Shown here piece after piece: positions 17,168 to 26,491 of a stretch of 51,460 bases of DNA. The position numbers were made by a program, and so were the translations under genes. The notes under the pieces are model-generated. The model made no database searches. It saw only the letters and a program-made list of their open reading frames with translations, and had not been told where the DNA came from. The stretch comes from an uncultured Rikenellaceae bacterium (GTDB taxonomy: Bacteria > Bacteroidota > Bacteroidia > Bacteroidales > VadinHA17). The DNA lies in the NCBI GenBank assembly GCA_964426435.1, contig CAYRQY010000001.1, forward strand, positions 1 to 51,460, read 5' to 3'. Position 1 is the first letter of the stretch. The number at the start of each line of letters is the position of its first letter.

Positions 17168-18484
17168 CTATTCCGCAGCAGGGATTGTAATCCCTGCTAT
17201 CATCGTCTGGATTTCCCTTCTTCTGCCTGCCAGGTCAGAAACAAGCTCTTTGCTTGTGACAGACTTCCACCAGTAACGGAAGGTGTTGAATCTTTCCTTT
17301 GCAATCTCCTGGTAGAAAAGTACCATGTAACCTGTAACAGGAACCAGGAGCGCAATAAGAAAGCCTGTCAGCCCGGCAAGGCTGGCACCGACGATAAGTA
17401 TAGCGGGAAAATAAAACAGGTATAGCAGGGTTCCCGTGCTGATATATACAGAGCTGTAAAACCTCGGATCTTTGATCAGCCTGCTGCAGATGGTGCGGGG
17501 GACAATAAAGGGGAGCAGGTTGGCCAGGAATCCGGCGATGAAAACAGGGAGACCTGCTATTACAGTAAAATATCTAAGCCAGCCCCAGTCTAGTTTCCTT
17601 GCCACATTTTCATCCTTCAGCCTGTGCTTTTTGAGCAGATCCGTATAGGCTTTTACCTTCTCCCTGACAGTGCCGGTCAGTTCCGGGGATGTCCTGGTTA
17701 TGTGATTTATTTTTTCACTCAGCTTCTTCTCGGCAAGCCGCCGTTCGTCGGTGTCGAAACGCCATCTGAAGAAAGGATGGATGATATCGTTTCTTGCCAT
17801 GACAAAGAGGTGTTCAGCCATTTCATCATTCGCCGGATCTTCAACAATAATTACCTCCTTGTGCAGGCCGGCATCGCACCTGGCATTGAACATAAGCAGG
17901 GCTTTTGCGGGCTGCTCCTTATACAGGCTGGTTAACTCTTTGATGCTGAATGAGTCGTGAAAATTGATCATCACCTCTTTCCTGAAACTGGCCGGGTAGG
18001 TATAATTGATACCAACCGGTACCACATGAACGTCAAGCCCGAACTTCTCTTCTGCCCCGAAAGCAAGGCGGGCAGTTCCTTTCCTCAGCTTCTGGAGCCG
18101 TTTTTCCTGGACGCAGATCCCTTCGGAGAACATTATGAAATTACCGTTTTTCCTGAGAATCTCGTAAATGTCGGTGAAAGTTTCAAGGTTCTTATGCACG
18201 TTCTCAAGGCCCTCCTCCATCCTGTAAACGGGTGTTACGTTAAGTTCCCTGAGACAAAACCGTGCAAAAGGTTTCCTGAACATGTCAGCCCTCATTGTGA
18301 AATGTATCGGCTGAGGCAGGTACGACCCGACCAGTATCCCGTCCATGAAGGAATTCTGATGATTACCAACGAAAAGAAGCGGTTTTTCGAGAGGTACTTT
18401 TTTCAGGTTTGAGTAGAATATCCGCCTGAAAAAAGCCCTGAAGGTGAAGGGAGGAACTATATATTTCAGAAACCTGCTAAACAT
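17168..18484 (-). CDS. PlsC/GPAT-type lysophospholipid (glycerol-phosphate) acyltransferase with C-terminal TM domain
   Basis: 438-aa ORF with the HX4D motif GNHQNSFMDG, FSEG (block III) and VPVGINY (block IV). The C-terminal ~130 aa contain 3-4 TM helices. Its stop TAG (17170..17168) is 1 nt from the activase ATG (17166). Confidence 0.75.
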   Translation of the reverse strand: MFSRFLKYIVPPFTFRAFFRRIFYSNLKKVPLEKPLLFVGNHQNSFMDGILVGSYLPQPIHFTMRADMFRKPFARFCLRELNVTPVYRMEEGLENVHKNLETFTDIYEILRKNGNFIMFSEGICVQEKRLQKLRKGTARLAFGAEEKFGLDVHVVPVGINYTYPASFRKEVMINFHDSFSIKELTSLYKEQPAKALLMFNARCDAGLHKEVIIVEDPANDEMAEHLFVMARNDIIHPFFRWRFDTDERRLAEKKLSEKINHITRTSPELTGTVREKVKAYTDLLKKHRLKDENVARKLDWGWLRYFTVIAGLPVFIAGFLANLLPFIVPRTICSRLIKDPRFYSSVYISTGTLLYLFYFPAILIVGASLAGLTGFLIALLVPVTGYMVLFYQEIAKERFNTFRYWWKSVTSKELVSDLAGRRREIQTMIAGITIPAAE

Positions 18485-18757
18485 AACATTAATTTTGTTG
18501 ATTCCAGTCCCTGGTTCTTTTTGCGCAAGACCGGGTAAGTCAGTTTTATCCTTTGCCTTTTACATTTAACCGTCTGCGCCAGTCTGATACAATTTATCCG
18601 GTGGTTAAGATACTTACAAATATGGTACTGACATTATTTTTACGGAATAAATTTTCGGAACATACTCATTTATAGCCTCTTGTTATTATTATTACTTATT
18701 TAAGCTAGGTATAAATACGTATAGGCGGATCTTATTTGCATTTCGCAGGTTAATTGT

Positions 18758-18765
18758 TATTTTTG
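18758..18765 (+). promoter_or_regulatory. Candidate -7 promoter box TATTTTTG for the tandem-GHKL gene
   Basis: Exact TAnnTTTG match 31 nt upstream of the ATG at 18796. Confidence 0.4.
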
Positions 18766-18795
18766 AGCAATTAAAACCATCCTGATCGGAATATA

Positions 18796-19917
18796 ATGAA
18801 TATAGATCTTATACGCGCAATCCGGCACAAAATAAGGGACGAGCGCCTGATGCTGGTTTACAGGGGAGTAATTACCCAGGACAATTCAATACCTTTGCTG
18901 ATGGTTCTTGAGAAGGAGATGGAGGATTCCGAGTTCAGTTTCACAGGTAGGAAAAGAGTCTTCATGTTCGTCCTCGAAAGCCTCCAGAATGTTTCAAGGC
19001 ACGGTAAGAACGATAGTTCTGCCGGGATGTCGCTTGTTGTTTATTCAAAACACCAGGGCGGCTATACCGTTGCCACCGGAAATCTTATAGACAAAATGGA
19101 AGTCCCGGAATTAAAGGTAAGGCTGGATGAAATCAACAGACTGGATAATAAGGAAATAAGGGAAGTATACAGGCGGATGCTCAGCACTTCGGAGTTCAAC
19201 GAAAAAGGAGGAGCAGGGCTTGGTCTCCTGGAGATGGCAAGAGCCACGGGCAGCAGGCTTGATTACGACTTTGTTGAGATGAACGGGGACCACGCTTATT
19301 TTATTCTTACAAAGACAGTTGATTCAACCGGAACCGGTGTTCATCCCGAACATCAGATCATGCATTTAAACGGAAAGTCATTCACAGAGATCGAAAAGCT
19401 GATGTCGGAAAATAGTGTATACTTCATCTGGTCGGGTCACATCAGTCCCGAGGTCAGCAAGGAGGTTCTTACGTTCACGGAAACCAGGCTGAGCGAGGGT
19501 GATGTCGAGGGAAAAGTGAGGCGAAGGGTGTTCAGTATTATGGTTGAGATCCTTGAGAATGTTGGCAAGTACAGTCCCGGAAGGCATGAAGAGGAAGAAT
19601 CGGGGATGCCGGTGGCAATAATAAGGTTTGAGGACAACAATTTTATCCTTACAACAGGAAACCTCGTACTTAACTCTGCCATTGAAGAACTCAGCAACAA
19701 GCTTGAAATAGTAAACTATTATAATGGCAACGGGCTGAAAGACCTTTTTATCAAGTCGCTTGCCGTTCAGAAAACAGATACTGACAGCACGGGAAATATG
19801 GGATTGATAGATATGGCCAGAAAATCGGGAAGCAGGCTTGAATATCTGTTTGAACCGGTTGATGATGATTATTCATATTTCATCCTGACAGTCAGGGTGG
19901 AAAATTACCCCGACTGA
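18796..19917 (+). CDS. Protein with two tandem SiaB/RsbW-like GHKL (HATPase-like) kinase modules
   Basis: 373-aa ORF. The two ~180-aa halves align with each other. N-box-like: FVLESLQNVSRHG versus MVEILENVGKYS. G-box-like: GGAGLGLLEMARATGSRLDYDF versus GNMGLIDMARKSGSRLEYLF. Both halves end in YFILT. Confidence 0.6.
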   Translation: MNIDLIRAIRHKIRDERLMLVYRGVITQDNSIPLLMVLEKEMEDSEFSFTGRKRVFMFVLESLQNVSRHGKNDSSAGMSLVVYSKHQGGYTVATGNLIDKMEVPELKVRLDEINRLDNKEIREVYRRMLSTSEFNEKGGAGLGLLEMARATGSRLDYDFVEMNGDHAYFILTKTVDSTGTGVHPEHQIMHLNGKSFTEIEKLMSENSVYFIWSGHISPEVSKEVLTFTETRLSEGDVEGKVRRRVFSIMVEILENVGKYSPGRHEEEESGMPVAIIRFEDNNFILTTGNLVLNSAIEELSNKLEIVNYYNGNGLKDLFIKSLAVQKTDTDSTGNMGLIDMARKSGSRLEYLFEPVDDDYSYFILTVRVENYPD

Positions 19918-20714
19918 CCTGCTGTCTTAAGCATCAGCTTTTCCCCATCCCATTCCGCGTAGCTGCTGTGCCTTACCCAGTCGCCGAGAAAGATTACCAT
20001 ACTGCCTGAAGCAAGCACGTGCGACATGGCAAGATGCCTGTGACCAAAGATGAAATAGTCAATATCTTCTTTTTCAAGCACTCCTTTTGAATATTTAATC
20101 AGATCCTCTTTCTCCTCACCCATGTATTCAAGCATGATTCCCTTTCCGAGCCGTGAATGGAGCGACCATTTGTGTCCTATGCCGACACCTATTGAAGGAT
20201 GAAGGGCTGAATATAACCTTCGGAGTAATTTGTTTCTGAAAATGGAGAGGAGTATTCTGTAACCCGTATTTTCCGAGCCCAGACCCTCCCCGTGTGCAAT
20301 ATGAAATTTCTTTCCGTTAAGAACCGCTGTATATGGAGATGTATGGATGATCATCCCGCATTCGCCCGACAGATAATCGGTAACCCACATATCGTGGTTG
20401 CCGGTAAAGAAATGAACAGGTATTCCGGAATCAGTTATTGAGGCTATCGTTCCGAGGAAGCGGGTAAAGCCCCTCGGCACAACCAGTTTGTACTCCCACC
20501 AGAAATCAAAGATATCACCCACAAGAAATATCTCAGAGGCATCTGACCTTATTTCTTCAAGCCATTGAACAACCCTTTTTTCCCTTACTGCTGGTATGGT
20601 GCCTGCAGTCAGTCCAAGATGGAAATCGGAAGCAAGATATATTTTTCCTTTCTCTCTCAAATTCCCTCTACCTGTTAAAAAGTTGTTCGAGTTTAATCTG
20701 AAGCGCCCTGCCAT
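19905..20714 (-). CDS. lpxH: UDP-2,3-diacylglucosamine diphosphatase (LpxH-type metallophosphoesterase)
   Basis: 269-aa ORF with the calcineurin-like motifs SDFHLG, VGDIFDFW, GNHDMW, HGEG and FGHRH in LpxH order. The annotated ATG overlaps the upstream gene by 47 nt, so the true start is uncertain. The 3' end overlaps the convergent GHKL gene by 13 nt. Confidence 0.75.
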   Translation of the reverse strand: MAGRFRLNSNNFLTGRGNLREKGKIYLASDFHLGLTAGTIPAVREKRVVQWLEEIRSDASEIFLVGDIFDFWWEYKLVVPRGFTRFLGTIASITDSGIPVHFFTGNHDMWVTDYLSGECGMIIHTSPYTAVLNGKKFHIAHGEGLGSENTGYRILLSIFRNKLLRRLYSALHPSIGVGIGHKWSLHSRLGKGIMLEYMGEEKEDLIKYSKGVLEKEDIDYFIFGHRHLAMSHVLASGSMVIFLGDWVRHSSYAEWDGEKLMLKTAGQSG

Positions 20715-21840
20715 GCAGGTTTGAGCCGATCACCCCGCCGTTTTTGTCGAACAGGTAGTTTGCAGGCAGGGTTCGTACATTGAACAGCCTTGCATTTACC
20801 GGGTTCCGGGGGTCGTCCTCGCGTGTGTTGATCCAGGGCAATTCATCAAATTTTACCGCCCTTCTCCAGGCTTCCTCATCCTCATCAAGGTTAATCTGGT
20901 ATATCTCGAATCCGCTGCGGTTGTACCTTCTGTAAAACTCCTTCAGCTGAATGTTGTCCGCAATGCATTCTCTCGATCCTGCCGACCAGAAAGAGAGAAG
21001 TACATACTTGCCTTTAAGTGATGACAATGCTATTCTTCTGCCGTTTATATCGACCAGGTTGGGATCGAGTTTTGTTTCGGGCAGCTGATCAGCCATTTGC
21101 ATGAACTGGTTCCTGTAAAGCTGGTCCATCTCATTCTTAAGATCCCGCTGAAGCGCCTGGACATGCTTGGATCTGGGGTAGTATTTACCCAGTGTGTCTG
21201 CAACGAGCTTCATATACTGAAGATCGCGGCTCTCGTGGAGTACATAGGTCTGGTCGTCAACCCTCTGGTAAAGAGCTTTTATTGAAGCCATTGAATGAAG
21301 GTTGGTAATGATGAATTCAATATTCTGGCGTCGCAGGTCCTTAATGATATCTGTATACACTTTTTCGATCTCAGGGCCTTTTTCCTCAAAACCGGGTTCC
21401 CCGGATGCAGTTTCATATGCTGACCTTAGGGAATCAAGCTTTATTTTCCCCTGGGCAAGCCTGAGGTCAAGCATTCTTACCTTCTCCGAACCTTCCGATC
21501 CTGTAAGGGTATAATCATCGAACAATCTCTCTCCCCTGAACGAAATCCTGATCTTCTCTCCGGGCTCAGCAAGTATGGTGACAAAATCAGTGGCGGAATA
21601 CCCTAAATGGTAGAAGTCGGGCTCGTCCGACTTTACCCGGAAGCTGAACGTCCCGCTCCTGCTGATCTTTGATGAATCAATAAGCACGGGAGTGTCGATA
21701 ATGATCCTCCTGAGATAGATCGTTTTTTGTCTGGCATTCTTTATTTCACCGTTTACGGTGAAGGAATTTCTTTTCTGGCAGGCTGAAAGGATCAGCACCG
21801 GAATAAGCAGTATAACAATTCTTTTCATTGCCTGATTCAT
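20668..21840 (-). CDS. TlpA/AhpC-TSA-like thioredoxin-fold lipoprotein with DUF4369-like N-domain; degenerate SxxC active site
   Basis: 390-aa ORF with the lipoprotein signal VLILSAC. The C-terminal thioredoxin fold reads LLSFWSAGSRECIADN, where the paralog has FWASWCAPC. The start overlaps the upstream stop as ATGA. Confidence 0.75.
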   Translation of the reverse strand: MNQAMKRIVILLIPVLILSACQKRNSFTVNGEIKNARQKTIYLRRIIIDTPVLIDSSKISRSGTFSFRVKSDEPDFYHLGYSATDFVTILAEPGEKIRISFRGERLFDDYTLTGSEGSEKVRMLDLRLAQGKIKLDSLRSAYETASGEPGFEEKGPEIEKVYTDIIKDLRRQNIEFIITNLHSMASIKALYQRVDDQTYVLHESRDLQYMKLVADTLGKYYPRSKHVQALQRDLKNEMDQLYRNQFMQMADQLPETKLDPNLVDINGRRIALSSLKGKYVLLSFWSAGSRECIADNIQLKEFYRRYNRSGFEIYQINLDEDEEAWRRAVKFDELPWINTREDDPRNPVNARLFNVRTLPANYLFDKNGGVIGSNLHGRALQIKLEQLFNR

Positions 21841-23006
21841 AGTTGTTCAAATACTTCAGCTAGTTTAACATTAAGGGCATTACCCCTCAGATTGGTTGCA
21901 ATCACCCTTCCTTCCCTGTCGAGAAGAAGATTATAGGGGATTGAATTGATCCTGTACAATGGCACCACTTCGGAGTTCCAGTATTTGATATCGCTCACAT
22001 GGATCCATCGTCCGAGATTATCTTCCCTGATGCCCCTTATCCACGCCTCCCTCGATTTGTCGAGCGATACCTGGTATATCTGGAAGCCTCTTTTATGATA
22101 GAGGTTAAATGCTTCCACAAGGGTTGGATTCTCCCTTCTGCAGGGTGCACACCATGAAGCCCAAAAATCGAGAAGCACAACGGATCCCCTTGTGGATGAC
22201 AACCTGATGGTGTCGCCGTCGGGATTTGGGAGTGAGATTTCCGGAGCCTCCCTGTTGAGAGATGGCTCATCATATGAAGGCCTGTCATACCCGTATCGTT
22301 CTGCAAGCTCAACAACCTGCTGGCGAAGAGCCTGTACAGGTTCATAATCGGGGTAATTCCTGTACATGGCAGAATCAACCTTTATGAAGTATTTCAGATC
22401 ATCCTCGGGATTGAGCACATAAACTCCCGGGGCTATCTGCTGGTACAGGGCGACAAGACTAACCAGCGAGGTTATGTTATCATCAATATACCTCTTTGTA
22501 TACAGGTTCAGTTCATTAAGGTAACCCTGGGCAGTAAGATCGAGGGAATCCATTATTTCTGCAAGGCGGGGGCTGTCGAGGTTAAGCCTGTAAATATCTC
22601 CAAGGTCTCTTATACTGTTGATAGTCTCCTGAAGTCTTTTATTGTAATCGACCATAAGCCGGGTTCCCCGCGATCCGGTCACGGAGGCAGGATAATTGAG
22701 CGAGTCGAACTTTGCGGTTATTTTAATTTTATCTCCCGGCTCAAAAAGCATTGTGAGAAAGTTATTTTGATTAATTTTGAGCAGGTAAAAAGAAGGATGT
22801 TTCACACCCCTTTGAAAGTAGAAGTTTCCATCATCAGATATTATGACAGAATCTACAGTTACAAGTTCGTTTGACTTTAATTCATCAAGAAACAAATATG
22901 TGCCCGGAACGGGATTCTCAAGCTTGCCGGATACCTCCACCCGGGCATTCCTGCAGCTGGCAGCGGCAAGAAGCATAATAAACAAATATATCAGCGGTCT
23001 GTCCAT
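21837..23006 (-). CDS. TlpA family thiol:disulfide oxidoreductase lipoprotein with DUF4369-like N-domain
   Basis: The track ORF extends to 23087. I prefer the internal ATG at 23006 (MDRPLIYLFIMLLAAASC lipobox), because a -7 box lies at 23051..23058. Canonical active site LLDFWASWCAPCRREN. Confidence 0.8.
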   Translation of the reverse strand: MDRPLIYLFIMLLAAASCRNARVEVSGKLENPVPGTYLFLDELKSNELVTVDSVIISDDGNFYFQRGVKHPSFYLLKINQNNFLTMLFEPGDKIKITAKFDSLNYPASVTGSRGTRLMVDYNKRLQETINSIRDLGDIYRLNLDSPRLAEIMDSLDLTAQGYLNELNLYTKRYIDDNITSLVSLVALYQQIAPGVYVLNPEDDLKYFIKVDSAMYRNYPDYEPVQALRQQVVELAERYGYDRPSYDEPSLNREAPEISLPNPDGDTIRLSSTRGSVVLLDFWASWCAPCRRENPTLVEAFNLYHKRGFQIYQVSLDKSREAWIRGIREDNLGRWIHVSDIKYWNSEVVPLYRINSIPYNLLLDREGRVIATNLRGNALNVKLAEVFEQL

Positions 23007-23050
23007 CGGAACTACTGGTTGGTAACAAATATTTTTAAATAATTGAGATG

Positions 23051-23058
23051 CAAAGTTA
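23051..23058 (-). promoter_or_regulatory. Candidate -7 promoter box (TAACTTTG on minus strand) for the tlpA-tlpA-lpxH operon
   Basis: The plus strand reads CAAAGTTA, the reverse complement of TAnnTTTG. It lies 45 nt upstream of the ATG at 23006 and inside the longer ORF version. Confidence 0.35.
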
Positions 23059-23226
23059 TTCTTTTTTTTATCCCGCGGAAAGGGCATGCATTAATATAGC
23101 AGCCAACAGCCGGGCATGTGTGCCCCGGGGGTTTGTGAACAGGGTTAAAACTCATGATTGTTTTGCTTTGTAAAATAATATTGGTTAACTTAAAAAACTT
23201 TTTATACCTGATTATACACTTTTGTT

Positions 23227-25176
23227 ATGAGCTACATAAAGTTCGATAAAGGTCAGATCGTCAACCTTGAGTATTCGCTTTCCAGGGAGATCATAAGAAC
23301 AAACAGGGCCGGATCCTATTCCTGCTATACAATTTTAGGGTCCAATACCCGCAAATACCATGGATGCCTCATCTGTCCCGTCGACGAGTTCGGAGGCGAG
23401 AGGTATGTTCTGCTTTCTGCAATTGATGTGACAGTAGTGAATAATGATCGTTCATTCAATACCGGTTTAAGAAAGTATAAGGGCGATTACTATAATCCCA
23501 AGGGGCATAAGTATCTTGAAGGTATTGATATAGAGAGCATTCCGATCAGGACATACAGGGTTGGGGGGGTCTTTATCAAGCAGGAAAGACTTCTTGTTCA
23601 TTATGAAGAGCAATTTCTTGCACGGTTAACGATACTCGAAGCATCGGAAGCGATGAAGATACAGGTGCGTCCCTTCCTGGCATTCAGGGGCATCCATGAG
23701 CTGACTCATGCCAATATGGCGGCCAATACAAAGGTTGAATATGTTGAGAACGGTATAAGAATGAAACTTTACGAGGGGTTTCCATATCTCAATATGCAAT
23801 TTTCAGCCAGGGCGGAATTTATTCATGTACCCGACTGGCACCTGGGGGTTGAGTATACCGAAGAACAGAAACGGGGGTATGATTACACTGAGGATCTTTT
23901 CACACCCGGCTTTTTCGAGATTGATGCCGCTGAAGGAGATGTGCTGGTTTTCTCTGCCTCAACAAAAGAGGAAAAACCTTCGGGTTTAAAGACGAAATTC
24001 ACAAGGACAGTCAACGGCAAGATTCCGCGAAACAATTTTATCAACTGCCTGAGGAATGCCGCCATGCAGTTCATCGAAAGAAGACATGGCATGACTTTTA
24101 TAATTGCAGGCTTCCCGTGGTTCGGGTCGTGGGGCCGCGATACATTTATTGCCCTGCCCGGACTCGCCCTGGCAAGGCATAAACTCACACTTTTCAGGGA
24201 GGTTCTCGATACCCAGGTAGTAAGGATGAAGGACGGGCTCTTTCCCAATATGGGTGAAATAAGCAATCCTGCCTTCAATTCGGTAGATGCCCCTCTATGG
24301 TTCTTCTGGGCCGTTCAGCAATATCACAGGTATGGCGGAACCGACGCCTGGGAGCGATATGGAGAGGCAGCCAAAGCTGTTCTTTATGCTTACCGGGACG
24401 GAACGGCCTTTAACATCCGGATGAGAGAGAACGGCCTCATATATGCCGGTTCTGAGGATAAGGCTCTTACATGGATGGATGCTGTGGTCAATGGTGTGCC
24501 GGTGACCCCCAGGTACGGTTATGCCGTCGAGATAAATGCCCTATGGTATAATGCCCTGTGCTTTTCCATCGAGATGGCCTCCCTGGCCGGCGACAAAAAG
24601 CTGATCAGGGAATTCGGCAAGCTTCCCGAACTGGTTAATCAGTCATTCCATTCGGTTTTCTGTGATATAGAGAAAGGGTATATTGCAGATTATGTTAATG
24701 ACGAGGAGGGCAAAAACTTTTTTGTGAGGCCGAATATGGTTATTGCCACCTCCCTTCCGCATTCAATGCTCAGCAAGGAGGAAATGCAAAGGGTGCTGGA
24801 GATTGCCGACAGGGAGCTTGTGACTCCCAGAGGCTTGAGAACCCTCTCTCCAGGAAACAGATTATATCAGGGTATCTATTCAGGCAGCCAGGAGGAGCGG
24901 GATCAGGCCTATCACCAGGGAACGGCATGGCCATGGCTTCTCGGACCATTCTGTGAGGGATGGCTCAGGGTATACGGCAGGCAGGGAGTGCAGAAGGTTA
25001 AGAAGCTTATTCATGGCTTCGAGGAGGTTATGGCCGAACATGGAGTTACAACAATCTCCGAGATTTATGACGGCAATCCGCCACACGCTCCGCGAGGTAC
25101 AATATCACAGGCGTGGAGTGTGGGAGAGATACTCCGGATTATCGATATTCTTGAAACTGAGTATGAGAATATTTAA
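23227..25176 (+). CDS. Glycogen debranching enzyme (amylo-alpha-1,6-glucosidase, GH133-type)
   Basis: 649-aa ORF with an N-terminal GDE_N-like region and a C-terminal (alpha/alpha)6 domain carrying GFPWFGSWGRDTFIALPGL and AYHQGTAWPWLLGPF. Confidence 0.85.
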   Translation: MSYIKFDKGQIVNLEYSLSREIIRTNRAGSYSCYTILGSNTRKYHGCLICPVDEFGGERYVLLSAIDVTVVNNDRSFNTGLRKYKGDYYNPKGHKYLEGIDIESIPIRTYRVGGVFIKQERLLVHYEEQFLARLTILEASEAMKIQVRPFLAFRGIHELTHANMAANTKVEYVENGIRMKLYEGFPYLNMQFSARAEFIHVPDWHLGVEYTEEQKRGYDYTEDLFTPGFFEIDAAEGDVLVFSASTKEEKPSGLKTKFTRTVNGKIPRNNFINCLRNAAMQFIERRHGMTFIIAGFPWFGSWGRDTFIALPGLALARHKLTLFREVLDTQVVRMKDGLFPNMGEISNPAFNSVDAPLWFFWAVQQYHRYGGTDAWERYGEAAKAVLYAYRDGTAFNIRMRENGLIYAGSEDKALTWMDAVVNGVPVTPRYGYAVEINALWYNALCFSIEMASLAGDKKLIREFGKLPELVNQSFHSVFCDIEKGYIADYVNDEEGKNFFVRPNMVIATSLPHSMLSKEEMQRVLEIADRELVTPRGLRTLSPGNRLYQGIYSGSQEERDQAYHQGTAWPWLLGPFCEGWLRVYGRQGVQKVKKLIHGFEEVMAEHGVTTISEIYDGNPPHAPRGTISQAWSVGEILRIIDILETEYENI

Positions 25177-25188
25177 AGAAGTTGTGTT

Positions 25189-26481
25189 ATGCGTGTGCTG
25201 ATGTTTGGATGGGAATTCCCGCCGCACATTTCGGGCGGTCTTGGTACGGCCAGCTATGGTCTTACAAAGGGAATGTCGAAGCTTGACGACCTCGAGGTGA
25301 TTTTCGTGATCCCCAAGGCCTGGGGCGACGAGGAGCAATCGGGATTAAGGCTTATCGGGGCCAACAGGATCCCCGTGGCTTACAGGAAGGTCACCTACAA
25401 GGGGTTTCGCAGGCCGATCGAGAAAATAGAGATCTCATCGAAAATAGTCCCTTATACCGATCCGGAAGATTTCTGGAACAGGGTCAGCGGCACAGTAGCA
25501 GAATACAATCTTTACGTGCAGACAAACAATGAAGGAACAGTTGACTTCACGGGAAAATATGACGGATCTCTGCTGGACGAGATATACAAATATTCGGTTG
25601 TGGCAGCCGTAATCGCAGAGGAAAATGAGTTTGACATAATCCATGCACACGACTGGCTTGCATATCCTGCAGGAATAGCGGCTATGGAGGTGTCAGGCAA
25701 ACCACTGGTTATACATGTGCATGCCACCGATTTTGACCGAAGCGGAGGAAGTGTAAATCCGGATGTTTATAAAATCGAAAAGGATGGAATGGACGCAGCC
25801 TCGAAGATCATTACCATCAGCAACAGAACCAGGGATACTGTAATAAACAAGTATAATGTCAACCCCAACAAGGTTGAAACAGTATATAACGCCGTTGAAC
25901 CGGTTATGATCTCGGAAGACCTGGTTGTGCATAAGGGCTTTGATGAGAAAATAGTCACATTCCTGGGCAGGATAACCATGCAGAAGGGGCCTGAGTACTT
26001 TATCGAGGCAGCCTGGAAGGTGCTTAAGGTAATGCCCAATGTGCGCTTTGTAATGGCAGGATCGGGCGATATGATGGGAAGAATGATGCGGAGGGCCGCC
26101 TACCTGAAGATAACCGACAGATTTCACTTTACAGGCTTCCTGAAAGGGAAGGACGTCTTTACAATGCTGGCGATGAGCGATGTTTATATCATGCCTTCGG
26201 TGTCGGAACCATTCGGCATATCGCCTCTCGAAGCAATCCAGTCGAACGTCCCCGTTATAATCAGCAAACAGTCGGGGGTAGCTGAGATCCTGACTCATGC
26301 CGTAAAGACGGATTTCTGGGATATCGACGCAATGGCCGATGCAATTTACGGCATCCTTAACTACCCTGCCCTGGCAAAAATGTTTATCAGAAACGGCAAG
26401 GAGGAGGTGATCAGGCTGAAATGGGACAATTCAGCAAGGCATGTCAAAGACATTTATGAAAGAGTAATTTCGCAAAACTAA
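25189..26481 (+). CDS. Glycosyltransferase family 4 (GT-B; glycogen-locus associated)
   Basis: 430-aa ORF. N-terminus MRVLMFGWEFPPHISGGLGTA and C-terminal E-x7-E region PSVSEPFGISPLEAIQSNVPVI, typical of GT4/GT5 retaining GT-B enzymes. Confidence 0.85.
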   Translation: MRVLMFGWEFPPHISGGLGTASYGLTKGMSKLDDLEVIFVIPKAWGDEEQSGLRLIGANRIPVAYRKVTYKGFRRPIEKIEISSKIVPYTDPEDFWNRVSGTVAEYNLYVQTNNEGTVDFTGKYDGSLLDEIYKYSVVAAVIAEENEFDIIHAHDWLAYPAGIAAMEVSGKPLVIHVHATDFDRSGGSVNPDVYKIEKDGMDAASKIITISNRTRDTVINKYNVNPNKVETVYNAVEPVMISEDLVVHKGFDEKIVTFLGRITMQKGPEYFIEAAWKVLKVMPNVRFVMAGSGDMMGRMMRRAAYLKITDRFHFTGFLKGKDVFTMLAMSDVYIMPSVSEPFGISPLEAIQSNVPVIISKQSGVAEILTHAVKTDFWDIDAMADAIYGILNYPALAKMFIRNGKEEVIRLKWDNSARHVKDIYERVISQN

Positions 26482-26491
26482 GTATCAGGAT

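Noticed and set aside
18485-18795. 311-bp intergenic region, examined for a small RNA, riboswitch or hidden ORF
   Set aside because: I saw only weak, imperfect hairpins, no conserved-looking structure and no ORF with a start context. It is most simply a divergent promoter region. A covariance-model scan would be needed to exclude an ncRNA.
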